Assembly: GCA_963976765.1 (NCBI GenBank)
Contig: CAXBME010000003.1
Span: 434,001 to 476,852, forward strand
From: an uncultured Planctomycetaceae bacterium
Lineage (GTDB): Bacteria; Planctomycetota; Planctomycetia; Planctomycetales; Planctomycetaceae
DNA length: 42,852 bases
Direction of reading: 5' to 3'
The notes below the pieces were generated by a model. The model was not told the DNA's origin. It saw nothing but the letters and a program-made list of their open reading frames with translations, and searched no databases. Position numbers and translations under genes: made by a program. How positions within the stretch are numbered: position 1 is the stretch's first letter; each line of letters begins with the position of its first letter. Positions 10,291-22,366 of the stretch are shown here, piece after piece.

Positions 10291-11208
10291 TCATTCCGAT
10301 CGAGTCAGGAACCCGCATTCATACATCCATTCGCCAGCTCGGACAGGCCAGCGAGTTACCGCTTCGGGTGTAGGACGCAGTCCATACCCATGACCACCAG
10401 TTGCGAAAACGTGCAGTTCTGCCGAGCCTCCAGCAGCCTTCACCGCACTCGCCAGCAACAGGGAGTGCTGCACCGTCACGCGATCATCAAACGCATGGAC
10501 GAAGAACATTGGAGGAGCATCCTGCGGAACTGTGATGTCATCGCGTAACGAGGTGCCATCGTTCGTTGCGAGACCACCCGGATAAACAAGGATCGCGAAA
10601 TCCGGACGGGGCGATCGTTCGTCAATTGTGTCAATAGTTTCATACTGGCGCTCGGCTAACAGAGACGTCAGCCCGGCAGTTTGACCACCGGCTGAGAAGC
10701 CGCAGATACCAACCCGCTGGGGGTCGATCCCCCATTCGTTGGCTCGATTGCGGACGAGACTCGTTGCACGCTGAGCGTCCTGCACCGCGGCTCGCCAGCG
10801 ACAGTCCGGATCACGAAAGGGCACACGATACTTCAGCACGATTCCGGTCACGCCGATCGTGTTCAGCCACTCGGCGATCTCGGTCCCCTCAAGGTCGTAC
10901 GCCAGAATGTGATGACCGCCGCCGGGGCAGACAACGACGGCGGCCCCCGTGTCCTGCTTCGGAGCCGGCCTATAAACGGCGATCTGAGGAATCGACACAT
11001 TGCCAAGTTTGATAATCCGCCGCCCGGCAATGAGTTTGTCGTCGGCCCTGGTCATGTCGGCTTCAGGTGGCAATTCCTTTGTCTCACCCGGGGGGATGCC
11101 GGGCCAGAGATTGACGACGATCGGTTCTCCACCACGCGTCGATGCGCAAGTGGAAAACACGAGTAGTGTAAAGAAGAGCTTCCGTATGGATTTGGTCAAT
11201 GATGTCAT
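10291..11208 (-). CDS. Alpha/beta hydrolase (BD-FAE/carbohydrate-esterase-like), secreted
   Basis: Signal peptide; VVCPGGG oxyanion loop, LKYRVP, GFSAGG nucleophile elbow, DD and GGHGYG triad motifs. Confidence 0.85.
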   Translation of the reverse strand: MTSLTKSIRKLFFTLLVFSTCASTRGGEPIVVNLWPGIPPGETKELPPEADMTRADDKLIAGRRIIKLGNVSIPQIAVYRPAPKQDTGAAVVVCPGGGHHILAYDLEGTEIAEWLNTIGVTGIVLKYRVPFRDPDCRWRAAVQDAQRATSLVRNRANEWGIDPQRVGICGFSAGGQTAGLTSLLAERQYETIDTIDERSPRPDFAILVYPGGLATNDGTSLRDDITVPQDAPPMFFVHAFDDRVTVQHSLLLASAVKAAGGSAELHVFATGGHGYGLRPTPEAVTRWPVRAGEWMYECGFLTRSE

Positions 11209-11302
11209 TGATTCTGCACTCAGAACTAAAGGTACTAATAACGACGCTCGGCGCGACGGCGCCCTGGAATCTCACCCATCTGCACGAGCGTCTGGTCTGG
11301 TG

Positions 11303-12345
<1,043 letters not shown>

Positions 12346-12349
<4 letters not shown>

Positions 12350-13665
12350 CCGACAAGTTCTCCGATCGTACCCGTGCTGTCCTGAAAGTCGCCTTCCACA
12401 CCAACTCCCATCTTTTCAACCATAGTTTGCCACAACGACGACAGTGGCGTTCGGTCGGCCAGCTTGACGTGAGTCTGGTGGTTGATACCAAGACGGCTTC
12501 CGCCCGAGAGCACCGTCGGGAGAATCTCTTTGCTGTGCCCGATGCCCATGCCGCTGGAGAAGCCGAGCATTGTGTGGTCGAGAAGCGTGCCGCCACCATC
12601 GCGAATGGAAGCCAGGCGATCCAGGAAATAGCTCCAGTGCTTCATGTAGATGGTGTCGACCTTCGCCAGTTCCTCGAGATTCTTGGGATCATTTCCGTGA
12701 TGAGTCAGTTCGTGGTAACCCTTGGAAACTCCGAATTCTGGATAGACACCACCAGCCAGTTCCGTCCGCACGACGTATGTGATGACTCGGGTAGAGTCTG
12801 TCTGAAAAGCGAGTGCAATCAGGTCGTACATCAGTTTTGCGTACGTGTCGTAAATGAATTTGCCGTTACCTTCAGGACTCACCGCGCTCTCATAATCGCC
12901 GAACTCCTTCAACTCAGGAGCAGGTTTGGGGCGGTCTGCCCAGTCGATTTCACGACGCAGTGACAACTCCACCTCGCGAATCGAATTGAAGTACTGATCG
13001 AGCTGCTGACGATCGAACTGGCCGAGCTGTCCCTGAAGCTGCTTTGCATCGGACAGCACTGCGTCCAGGACGCTGCCTCGCTGACGGAACTCGTCGCTCT
13101 GTCTGGAACGCTGCTCTTCGCTGGCCGGTCGAAACAGTCGATTGAAGATGGCCTGCGGATCGTTGTCCGCGGCAAGCGGAACTCCCTGACGGTTCCAGGA
13201 GATGGTCGCGAGGATCTGGCTGCCGAATCCGGTTCCGCGTTTGACAGAAAACTGCAGTGACGGAAACCGCGTATGTTTCCCGTGAAGTTCCGCGGCCAGC
13301 TGGTCGGGTGAGACCGTTTGCTTCTCGCCGCGGGCAATCGACGTGGTAAACGGGTACGCGCCGTCATGGCCGCCACCGTGATTCAGCCAGGTTCCTGACA
13401 GGACGGTAAACCGTCCGCGATGCGTTTCGAGCGGCTTGAGAATCCGCGACATGCCGGCGTTTATCCCGAACCCTTCGGGATAGAACTGCCGCATGTTCAT
13501 CCCGGTTCCGAAGTAGAACATGCCCATACGAGGCACGACATCCGGAGTCGTCGCGGCGGAAACTCCCTGCGGCATCATGGCTTCGAGCCACGGAAGAGCG
13601 AGACATGTGCCGGCCCCTCGCAGAAACGCGCGACGGCTGATTTGCTTGAAGTTCTGAAGATTCAT
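12346..13665 (-). CDS. DUF1552 (HXXSHH) protein, Tat-exported
   Basis: SRRAFLR signal, LALPWLEAM, SPDQLAA, TRFPSLQ, SVLD, AFQTDSTRV, YHELTHH. ATGA overlaps on both sides. Confidence 0.9.
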
Positions 13666-16178
13666 TTTGTTACAAACGCCTTGCTGATCACGAGGGACTT
13701 GATCAATGATCGGAACGTGTTATCACCGGCTTTCATGTCGGCGACTGCCTGACTGATTGTACTGTCGTCACCCGGTTCAATCGGTCTGCCCAGGGCGTAC
13801 AACAGGAGCTTTTCGGCCAGACACCGACGAAACCGGTCCTGCTGGTCGAGCAGCAGTTTTCGGAACTCCTCAAAGTCGCGGAACTCGTAGCCGTTGGGCA
13901 ATTTGCCGCTGGCAACGATCGGCGGTCGGTTGCTGCCTCGGAAGTCTTCGCCGTCCTGATGGTCACGCCAGACTCCGATCACATTGAAGTTCTCCAGCGC
14001 GAGGCCGTACGGATCGAGCGACCGATGACACGACGCACACGCTTCGATCTCCTGATGCTGCAGGAGCCGGTCGCGAACCGTCAGACGTTCGCCTCTGATA
14101 TTCGGCTCAACTTCACCCGCGTTCGGAGGCGGTGGATCAGGCGGATTGTTGAAGAATACTTCCCGAATGTAGACGGCTCGTGAAACCGGCTTCGTGCGGA
14201 TGCCGTCAGAGCCCGCCTGATGCACTCCGGCCATCGCCAGCAATCCGCCGCGCGGCGAATCATCTGGAAGCGCGACCTTCTGAAAATCTTCACCTTCAAC
14301 ACCATCGATTCCGTAGTGGCGGGCCAGTCGGTCGTTTACCACCAGAAAGTCTGAGTCAATAAAGTTCAACGCGCTGAGATCGTCCTGCAGAATTGTGCGG
14401 AAGAACTCCAGAGGCTCACGCACGACGGCAGCAGCCAGCTTCTCGTCGTAGTCCTTGTAGAGATATTGATCCGGAGCGAATGTCAGGAACGAATCGGTCT
14501 GCAGCCACTGACGCGCAAAGCCCTCGACAAAGCGATCGGACTTCGAGTCCTTGAGCATCCGATCGACCTGGGACGCACGCTTTGTCGGATCGATCAGTTC
14601 CCCAGTTTCTGCGGCACGAAACAGTTCCTCATCCGGCATGGAACTCCACAGGAAGTACGACAGCCGGGATGCGATTTCGTAGTTGGAAAGCTCTTGAGCC
14701 GCCGCTTCAAGCCCGACCGACGACTCGACCAGATACAGAAACTTCGGTGAAGTAAGTGCGGCGGCCAGGCCAACTCGAATCGCCTCATGAAACGTCTGAC
14801 CGTTGTCGAGCTCTGTCTGGACAACGCCGAGAAGTGGTTCGACTTCACTGTCCGCGATCGGTCGACGCCAGGCTTGAGGCAGAAAGCGAGTAAAGATCTC
14901 ACGGGCGTAATTCAGATCGCCCTCCTGTTCTTCGCCCTTGAACAGCAGTGTGATGTGACTCTTCGGCGGCCACTGATCGTAGAGCGGGCCTTCGACTTCC
15001 AGGTAATCGAGGAAAACTCGCGGAAACTTCGTCACGTCGAGCTTCTCAGGATCGGGTGTTGATCGATCACCGCCCCAGCCTTCAGCGACCTTTCTTCCGG
15101 CCAGTCGAAGTGTCTCTGTGAAATCACCCTGGCGACCAACTTCCGCGTTGCGGCTCATGAAGTTCTCGCCTGGCCGTTGCCCCATGTAGAGCTTCACTTC
15201 GTTGAGCATGCGAACGCTGAGTTCACTTCCCAGCGTGTCTCGCGGAATTGTGACTGAGTATTCAGCCGGTTTGTCCCACGGGGCGTTCACGTCAACCTCC
15301 ATCACAGACCGCATCGCATCATCGGGATGGTTCTGACTGAGTAGAATTCGCGGTACTTCTTCGTTCTCGCCACGAGCCGCACCGGCGCGGATCGTGAAGC
15401 GATAAAATCCGTTCACTGGTGCAACGTTATTATCACGGCGTCCCGGATAACGCAGCATCCCGAATGATCGCGTGCCGCCTTCAATCAGTTGCAGCCCGTC
15501 GGGCAACGCCTTCATCCCCAGCCGAGTCACCAGATAACCAATCGCCCCGCTCTCGGCGATGTCTTCAAACTCCATCCGCATCGTTTCGGTCGGATACTCG
15601 GGAGGTCCATCGACGATGGCCCGGTCAGCAATCCGTCGGGCCACACGGTAGTACTGCGTCATCAACGACGGATCGAGCAATAGAGCCGAGCTGACCTTAT
15701 CGAATCCTTCCGCCGTTCCGTCTGGCGGTAGCACATCCAGAGGGCTCTCGCCGCTGGGGAACTTCATTGAGAGCAGGTCAGCGATGGTGTTGGTGTACTC
15801 ATGCCGATTCATCCGCCGAAGTAGAACGCGACCGCCGGAACTCATCCGTGCCTTTTCGGCCGCCCGCAGTTCGACTGTCACCCAGTGCGATATCTTCTCA
15901 ATCAGCTCAACCGGCAGCCCCGTCTCACCATCCGGCGGCATTTCTCCGAGATTGATAGCATTCCGAACCTCGATCCATTTGAGGGCGTTCTCGCGGTCAG
16001 AAAGATCAGTCGTGAGCCGATCAATCCGCAACTGTCCTTCCGCCTTTTCCGGGCCATGACACTTCAGGCAACAGGCTTTCAGAGCCGGCGCAATCTCATC
16101 GTCGAAAGGAGCAGCACTGACGACAGATGTCAGCAGACCAGCAAAAGCGGCAGCGACCAGTATGACTCTGAGATTCAC
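13662..16178 (-). CDS. DUF1592/DUF1588/DUF1587/DUF1595/DUF1585 planctomycete cytochrome-like protein
   Basis: GTG start and Sec signal; CLKCH, GEMPP, LRRMNRHEYTNTI, EIASRLSYFLWSSMPD, RGGLL, CASCH, YALGR. Confidence 0.9.
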   Translation of the reverse strand: MNLRVILVAAAFAGLLTSVVSAAPFDDEIAPALKACCLKCHGPEKAEGQLRIDRLTTDLSDRENALKWIEVRNAINLGEMPPDGETGLPVELIEKISHWVTVELRAAEKARMSSGGRVLLRRMNRHEYTNTIADLLSMKFPSGESPLDVLPPDGTAEGFDKVSSALLLDPSLMTQYYRVARRIADRAIVDGPPEYPTETMRMEFEDIAESGAIGYLVTRLGMKALPDGLQLIEGGTRSFGMLRYPGRRDNNVAPVNGFYRFTIRAGAARGENEEVPRILLSQNHPDDAMRSVMEVDVNAPWDKPAEYSVTIPRDTLGSELSVRMLNEVKLYMGQRPGENFMSRNAEVGRQGDFTETLRLAGRKVAEGWGGDRSTPDPEKLDVTKFPRVFLDYLEVEGPLYDQWPPKSHITLLFKGEEQEGDLNYAREIFTRFLPQAWRRPIADSEVEPLLGVVQTELDNGQTFHEAIRVGLAAALTSPKFLYLVESSVGLEAAAQELSNYEIASRLSYFLWSSMPDEELFRAAETGELIDPTKRASQVDRMLKDSKSDRFVEGFARQWLQTDSFLTFAPDQYLYKDYDEKLAAAVVREPLEFFRTILQDDLSALNFIDSDFLVVNDRLARHYGIDGVEGEDFQKVALPDDSPRGGLLAMAGVHQAGSDGIRTKPVSRAVYIREVFFNNPPDPPPPNAGEVEPNIRGERLTVRDRLLQHQEIEACASCHRSLDPYGLALENFNVIGVWRDHQDGEDFRGSNRPPIVASGKLPNGYEFRDFEEFRKLLLDQQDRFRRCLAEKLLLYALGRPIEPGDDSTISQAVADMKAGDNTFRSLIKSLVISKAFVTK

Positions 16179-16419
16179 CGAGAATCCTTTGATTTAGACG
16201 AACAATGCGGCAGAGCGTCCGGAAGCGTTACTTAACACTCTATGAGGATGGTCTGATGCACATCCATTGTATCCGCGCCGCAATGAATCGAGGAGTGGCA
16301 TGCTATCGGTGCATGATGCTTGCCACGCAAGCTATCATCCGCCATGAAGCAGTCAACCAGCAACAACTTCACAACAGCCAGAATGGGAGCAACATGATGC
16401 GTCCCCTGGAGCAAGGTCA

Positions 16420-18243
16420 ATGAGTCTTAACAGCACGAACAAACGCCTTGTCGCCTTTGCACTTACGATTGCAGGGACACTGAACGTCTTCGCTGCCTCG
16501 CCCAACGTGATCGTGGTGATGACCGACGATCAGGGCTACGGCGAGTTTTCGTGCCACGGTAATCCGATCACGAAGACGCCAAACATCGACCGGCTTGCGT
16601 CGCAGAGCATCCGGCTTTCCGACTTTCATGTCGCTCCGATGTGTACTCCGACTCGCGGGCAACTGATGACCGGGCTGGATGCGTTTCGAAACGCGGCCAT
16701 CAACGTCAGCAGTGGGCGGACACTGTTGCAACATGACCTCAAAACGATGGCCGACGTGTTTCAGCAGGCCGGTTATCGCACGGGCCTGTTTGGTAAGTGG
16801 CACCTTGGCGACAACTATCCATTTCGGCCGGAAGATCGCGGGTTTGAGGAAGCAGTGTGGTTTCCGTCGTCCCACATCAACAGCGTGCCTGACTTCTGGG
16901 ACAATGACTACTTCGACGACACCTACATTCACAACGGCAAGCGACAGAAGTACTCGGGCTATTGCACCGACGTGTTCTTCGACGAAGCCCGCATGTGGAT
17001 GTCACACGACGACGACCGACCGTTCTTTTCGTACATCGCCTTGAACGCCGCTCACTGGCCGTGGTTTGTGCCCGATCACTATCGCCAGCCGATTCGTGAT
17101 GCAGTCAACGCCAATTCAGATGTCGTAAAGCATCTGCAGCCGGACAAAGTGGAATCACTGGTCAGCTTTCTCGCGATGGGAGCCAGCATTGACGACAACG
17201 TCGGTCAGCTCGATGCGTTCCTCAAACAAGCCGGGTTGTTCGACAACACGATCGTCGTGTTCCTGACGGATAATGGCAGCACGATGGGGCCGGATTATTT
17301 CAACGCCGGCATGCGAGGCAGGAAGACACAGCTCTGGGAAGGCGGTCATCGCGTGCCGTGCTTTATTCGCTGGCCAGCCGGGCAGATCGGCGAGCCTCGA
17401 GAGATCAGCGAACTCAGCCACGTTCAGGATCTCCTGCCGACTCTGGCTGACCTTGCGGGAGTTGTTGGCGTACCTGCAAAGCTGGACGGACAAAGCCTCG
17501 CCCCCATCTTTCGAGGCGAACGCGATTCGCTCGACGACCGCATGCTGGTCATCAATTACAGCCGCATGCCGACGTTCAAAGTGACGTACACCAAAGGCAA
17601 TCCTGCCGTTCCGAGGCGAGACGGAGCTGGAGTCCTCTGGAATCACTGGCGACTGCTCGAAAACCGCCGGCTGTACAACGTGAAGGTCGACCCACACCAG
17701 GATCACAACGTGGCGAATGAGCATCCCGAAGTCGTCGCCCGCATGAGAGAACACCTTGAGGCGTGGTGGAACGACGTCAAAGGCGACGTCTTTGAGCCAC
17801 AACGCGTCGTCATCGGTCACGACGCCGAGAACCCTATGCTGCTGACGGCCTGCGAATGGCTGGACGTGTTCGTCGATCAGCAGCAACAGGTCCGCCGCGC
17901 TGACCTGAAGAACGGAACGTGGCATTTGAACGTGGCAAAGTCCGGTCGATACCAAATCGAACTCCGTCGCTGGCCACGCGAATCTGAATTGAAACTGACA
18001 GCGGAGTTGCCCGAAACAAAAGTCACAGACGGCGTCTTCGTCGCTGGTCGATCACTTCCGGTCGCATCGGCCATCGTCAGCATCAATGGCGAGCCGCACG
18101 CGGTCAACATTGATTCATCAGGTCGGTCGCTGTCGATGACAACCAGATTGAACACTGGCAATCTGACGTTGAAAGCGACACTGGTAGACTCCGACGGTCA
18201 GCCGATTGGCGGTGCCTACTACGTTTACGTCGAACGGCAGTGA
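16420..18243 (+). CDS. Arylsulfatase (S1 family, Cys-type), secreted
   Basis: PNVIVVMTDDQGYG, CTPTR (CxPxR formylglycine signature) followed by LMTG, GKWHLG, FLTDNG, EGGHRVP; C-terminal beta-rich extension. Confidence 0.93.
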   Translation: MSLNSTNKRLVAFALTIAGTLNVFAASPNVIVVMTDDQGYGEFSCHGNPITKTPNIDRLASQSIRLSDFHVAPMCTPTRGQLMTGLDAFRNAAINVSSGRTLLQHDLKTMADVFQQAGYRTGLFGKWHLGDNYPFRPEDRGFEEAVWFPSSHINSVPDFWDNDYFDDTYIHNGKRQKYSGYCTDVFFDEARMWMSHDDDRPFFSYIALNAAHWPWFVPDHYRQPIRDAVNANSDVVKHLQPDKVESLVSFLAMGASIDDNVGQLDAFLKQAGLFDNTIVVFLTDNGSTMGPDYFNAGMRGRKTQLWEGGHRVPCFIRWPAGQIGEPREISELSHVQDLLPTLADLAGVVGVPAKLDGQSLAPIFRGERDSLDDRMLVINYSRMPTFKVTYTKGNPAVPRRDGAGVLWNHWRLLENRRLYNVKVDPHQDHNVANEHPEVVARMREHLEAWWNDVKGDVFEPQRVVIGHDAENPMLLTACEWLDVFVDQQQQVRRADLKNGTWHLNVAKSGRYQIELRRWPRESELKLTAELPETKVTDGVFVAGRSLPVASAIVSINGEPHAVNIDSSGRSLSMTTRLNTGNLTLKATLVDSDGQPIGGAYYVYVERQ

Positions 18244-18388
18244 TTCCAGGGTGTACTGCCAGCGCATTGCTGGACGCATCCAGGACACCGTGACCGATTG
18301 AAACAGCGTCTTCAAACTGGACCTGGCTCAAGGCCGGCCACTTTCCCCCCAGGACTTTCCATCTGATCTTTTTCAGGAGCGATCCTCG

Positions 18389-19192
18389 ATGAACTGCCTC
18401 ACAGCCATGTCGCCAATGAAATCATGGTTATTACTGCTATTGATGACATTGTCGGTAGAGTTTCCCGCCATCGAGAATGCAGCAGCAAATGAGCCATCGA
18501 AGGAAACAGAGTTTGAACCAGACCAAACTCAGCTTCCAGTCAAAGCACCAGCCGACGCAATTGTATTATTTGATGGCAGTGACAGGGTCGAGTTCGTCAG
18601 CAAAATTGGCGATCGAATTGATTGGCCACTGATTGACGGAACGCTTGAAAGCACTGGGGGGCAGAAGGCAAATCATATTGTGTCGAAATGGCATTTCCGC
18701 GACGCGGATATTCACGCCGAGTTCATGCTTCCGGAAAAGGGAACTGGAAACAGCGGGCTGTATATCCACGGCAACTACGAAATGCAGATCATCCACTCAG
18801 CGGACAGTAAGCGACCAGGCGACGCCGACCTGGGAGCGATCTATGGATTCAGCAAACCGTTGGTCAATGCCGCGCGAGATCGCAGCGTCTGGCAGGTTTA
18901 CGATATCCGATACCGCGCACCTCGCCGCGATTCAAAAGGTAACATCACCAGGAAGGGAACCATCACAGCCTGGTTGAACGGTCAGAAGGTTCAAGACTCG
19001 GTCGAGTTCGGCGAACCACGAAGCATCTATCATCCTTACCGTTCGGGCACGACCGACTACCTGAAAGCGATTTGGAAAAAGCAACTCGCGACAACCACAG
19101 GACCGTTGTTTCTTCAAGATCATGGCAATGCTGTTCGCTTTCGTAATGTTTGGATTCTTCCGCTTGATAAGCATGCGTATCGATACGAATGA
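18389..19192 (+). CDS. DUF1080 (3-keto-disaccharide hydrolase family) protein
   Basis: AIVLFDG, F.D..IHAEF, GNSGLY, YEMQI, GAIYG, WQVYDI, LQDHG..VRFRNVWI. AGGAG RBS upstream; signal-like N terminus. Start could be a downstream ATG. Confidence 0.85.
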   Translation: MNCLTAMSPMKSWLLLLLMTLSVEFPAIENAAANEPSKETEFEPDQTQLPVKAPADAIVLFDGSDRVEFVSKIGDRIDWPLIDGTLESTGGQKANHIVSKWHFRDADIHAEFMLPEKGTGNSGLYIHGNYEMQIIHSADSKRPGDADLGAIYGFSKPLVNAARDRSVWQVYDIRYRAPRRDSKGNITRKGTITAWLNGQKVQDSVEFGEPRSIYHPYRSGTTDYLKAIWKKQLATTTGPLFLQDHGNAVRFRNVWILPLDKHAYRYE

Positions 19193-19484
19193 TGATTCTT
19201 CACCCGGCAGATTGGTCTGAAGAGCGATGGCGTTTCCGGACGGAGCCGCGTGTTCGACATGTTACAGAGCTCTCTTCCTGGTCGTGCAGGGCCGCAGACT
19301 CTTGCATCCGTTGCCCTTCCCACTGAACCTACCAGGCAGTCTGACGTACATCGAAGGATCGAGGACACCTGTAGAAATATTTGCAGGAGCAATCGCCACA
19401 TGGAACGTCGAAATTACGGCTATAGTCATGTCTTTACAGAAGACACTCGCTGCATGGCCGCAGCGTTTATAACGTGAGAACGCA

Positions 19485-20759
19485 ATGAAAACACAACTTC
19501 ACATTCTGATCTTCTGTGTCGTCGCCGTCGCGAGCGAATTCAGTGAGGGTAACGACGATTCGTCAGCGTTGCCCGACCTTGCCTTACAACCGCCGCGTGT
19601 GCTTACGGACGTTGGTCCAGATCACGTGAAGAATTCGCGTGGAGCGCAAGGCGTTCCCTCGATCGAACGTTCGGCACAGGGACGCCTGTGGGCGGCGTGG
19701 TATGCGGGAAAAAGTCCGCGTGGCGTTGAGAGTTCTTCCAGTTACTGCGTACTCGCGACCAGTGGTGATAATGGTCACTCGTGGTCGGAGAAGCTGGTCA
19801 TTCAGCCCCGCCGGTTCGTTCATACTTACGACCCTTGTCTATGGATTGATCCGCAGCGACGACTGTGGTTCTTCTGGGCTCAAAGCGCCGGTGTGCAGGA
19901 TGGCCGCATGGGTGTCTGGGCGATGGTCACCACGGACGCCGACTCGGAGACTCCAGAGTGGTCGCAATCGCGACGGATCGCCGACGGAGTCATGTTGAAC
20001 AAACCGACGGTCCTGAAAAACGGGGACTGGCTGCTGCCTGTAGGCTTATGGCGAGACAACACCAACGTCCCGAACGTCAGATTCGATGCCGAGGAACTTA
20101 AGCCGTACACGATCGAGATGCTGACTCACGACCTCGGCGACGAACGTGGTTCCAACGTGTATCGATCGACGGATCAGGGCAAGTCGTTCGAACGCATCGG
20201 TCAGGTCCGCATTCCCGGCACACGAGTCGACGAGCACATGATTGTCGAGCGAGGCGACGGCAGCCTGTGGATGCTGCTGCGAAATACAGGCGGAATCGCA
20301 CAGAGTATCTCCACCGATGGCGGCCGAACGTGGAGTGACGGATCGCTCTACCTCCCGGGCCGAACGTTCCGAAACAAACGATTCTTCATTCGTCGGCTGG
20401 ACTCCGGAGCGTTATTGATGGTGCGAAACAACTCATCCGACGGGCAACGCTCTCACGTGACAGCATTCGTGTCAGACGACGACGGAGCGACTTGGAAAGG
20501 CGGGTTGCTGCTGGATGAACGAGAGTCGTCGTATCCCGACGGTGCTCAGGCGGAAGACGGCACGCTGTTCATCATCTACGACCACCAGCGCTACACACTC
20601 AACCGCGCCGGCAAGCAGGGAGTGGGCTCCGTACAAGTGGCCATCTTCAGCGAAGAAGATGTTCGCGCGGGCAAGCCGGTCACGAACAAAGTGCGCCTTC
20701 ATCAGGTCGTGACGCAACTTCAGGACACGGACGATCCGTCGGAAGCACGGGGGAAATGA
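19485..20759 (+). CDS. BNR/Asp-box beta-propeller, sialidase (GH33)-like, secreted
   Basis: Signal peptide; four Asp boxes SGDNGHSW, STDQGKSF, STDGGRTW, SDDDGATW; SYPD motif near the C terminus. Confidence 0.85.
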   Translation: MKTQLHILIFCVVAVASEFSEGNDDSSALPDLALQPPRVLTDVGPDHVKNSRGAQGVPSIERSAQGRLWAAWYAGKSPRGVESSSSYCVLATSGDNGHSWSEKLVIQPRRFVHTYDPCLWIDPQRRLWFFWAQSAGVQDGRMGVWAMVTTDADSETPEWSQSRRIADGVMLNKPTVLKNGDWLLPVGLWRDNTNVPNVRFDAEELKPYTIEMLTHDLGDERGSNVYRSTDQGKSFERIGQVRIPGTRVDEHMIVERGDGSLWMLLRNTGGIAQSISTDGGRTWSDGSLYLPGRTFRNKRFFIRRLDSGALLMVRNNSSDGQRSHVTAFVSDDDGATWKGGLLLDERESSYPDGAQAEDGTLFIIYDHQRYTLNRAGKQGVGSVQVAIFSEEDVRAGKPVTNKVRLHQVVTQLQDTDDPSEARGK

Positions 20760-21265
20760 AGCCCCATCCAATAGCCGCGGTCGCCGCACTGTGGAGTTGC
20801 CGGAAAAACGATCTGACCGTTTGGTCCTTACTTTCACCCGCTGTCCTGTCCCTGCACATCATTGCTCCGCTTTAGGGCGGTCAACGAGTCGGCTATTGGC
20901 GTCCACAATCTTCGACAAGACTTTTATCTGTTCCTTGCAAGCAATGTTGTCACTGGGATGTGGGTAGTTTATCTGATGATCTACTTCGCCCCAGATTCCT
21001 TCAAACAGTGTGCAAGCCTGTATTTCGCAACAGAGCGGAAAATCAGCGCGCGGACGAACTAAATATACACACTCGTATAAGAAGTTGGCTTCTCGCTAAT
21101 TTCGAGGTCGAAGCGTTCGAAGAGACTGGCTGCATCTGGATCCCTGGTGCACGCTTTCGCCGATTTGCAAGCCCTCAATCTCCGTCATGCACTTTGCTTC
21201 TAATCACCTTATCCATGTGAGCAAAATGTTCTAGAAAAAATGCAGGCTCCTGGCACACGTTGCTG

Positions 21266-22366
21266 CTACTGCAATTTTCCTCGACCGGCAATGGGCCAGA
21301 CGGTTTCCAGAATGTCGTTGCGGAAGCCGTAGAAGGCGTCGTGGAGGACCGTTGTGTGGTCAGCGTAGCCGACGACCAGTTCGACTTTGTCGCCGATCTT
21401 CAGATTGCGCGACTCGCCTTCCAGGTCGAGCTGGCAATGTTCAGCACTGACTCGCGTCACTTTTGCGCCGGGGTGGCCTTTGACGATTGGCGGCTCCAGA
21501 TCCGGGTAATGCGTTTTTCGGCCGCAGTCCAGAACGGCTCGTTCGAGTACCGGGCGGCTGACGACGGTTGCCAGGATGGTGAGTGCGTATTCGAGGCCCT
21601 CGACTGCACACTGATTTCGGTAGAACGGGTCGGCAAAGATGCCACCGCCGGCCTGGAGTTCCGTGATGCCGTCACAGTCCGACGTGATCTGGTACGAACC
21701 GGTTCCGCCCGCGCTGACGATCGAGCAGTCAAGATTCGCGTCGAGGAGCAGATCGCGGCAATGCTTGAGCACGTTCATGCCGTGCTCGATTTTCTCACGT
21801 TTTTCGACCTGATCCGGAATCGTCAGCAAGTGCCCTTCGTAGCCCATGATGCCGACCAGCTCGACGCCTTCCAGGCGATCGATACCCTTTGCCAGCTCGA
21901 GCGTGTCGACACCAGGACGGCAGCCAACCCGGTCCAGGCCGATGTTGACTTCGATGATGACTCGGCAAAGCACTCCGCGTGCGTGGCAGGCGGCGGCCAG
22001 CGGTTCGACCTGAGCGTAGTGGTCGACCGCGACGATGGGGTCAGCATGCTGACACAAGGCGGCGACGCGTTCGACCTTTCGTTTACCAACGATCATGTTC
22101 GCAATGAGGATGTCCTCGATCCCCGCCGCAGCCATGACTTCGGCTTCTGAGACTTTTCCACAGGTGACGCCAATGGCTCCGTACTCCATCTGTTTCCAGG
22201 CGATGGCCGGCGTCTTGTGGCACTTCTGATGAGGCCGCCATTCTTTGCCTCGCGACTTGATGAAATCAGACATGCTCTTCATGTTCGCATCCATCGTGTC
22301 GAGATCGATGCAGAGAATCGGAGTGTCCAGCTCCTGCTTGTGAGTTCCGATCAGTGACAGTGTCAC
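21266..22366 (-). CDS. DSD1 / D-threonine aldolase family PLP-dependent enzyme (fold type III)
   Basis: LDTP.L.ID, WRPHQKCHK (PLP Lys), KVSEAE, GIMGYEGH, SAGGTG, TELQAG, SAEH. GTG 22366 chosen because GGAG lies 9 nt upstream; the ORF track extends to 22432. Confidence 0.88.
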   Translation of the reverse strand: MTLSLIGTHKQELDTPILCIDLDTMDANMKSMSDFIKSRGKEWRPHQKCHKTPAIAWKQMEYGAIGVTCGKVSEAEVMAAAGIEDILIANMIVGKRKVERVAALCQHADPIVAVDHYAQVEPLAAACHARGVLCRVIIEVNIGLDRVGCRPGVDTLELAKGIDRLEGVELVGIMGYEGHLLTIPDQVEKREKIEHGMNVLKHCRDLLLDANLDCSIVSAGGTGSYQITSDCDGITELQAGGGIFADPFYRNQCAVEGLEYALTILATVVSRPVLERAVLDCGRKTHYPDLEPPIVKGHPGAKVTRVSAEHCQLDLEGESRNLKIGDKVELVVGYADHTTVLHDAFYGFRNDILETVWPIAGRGKLQ

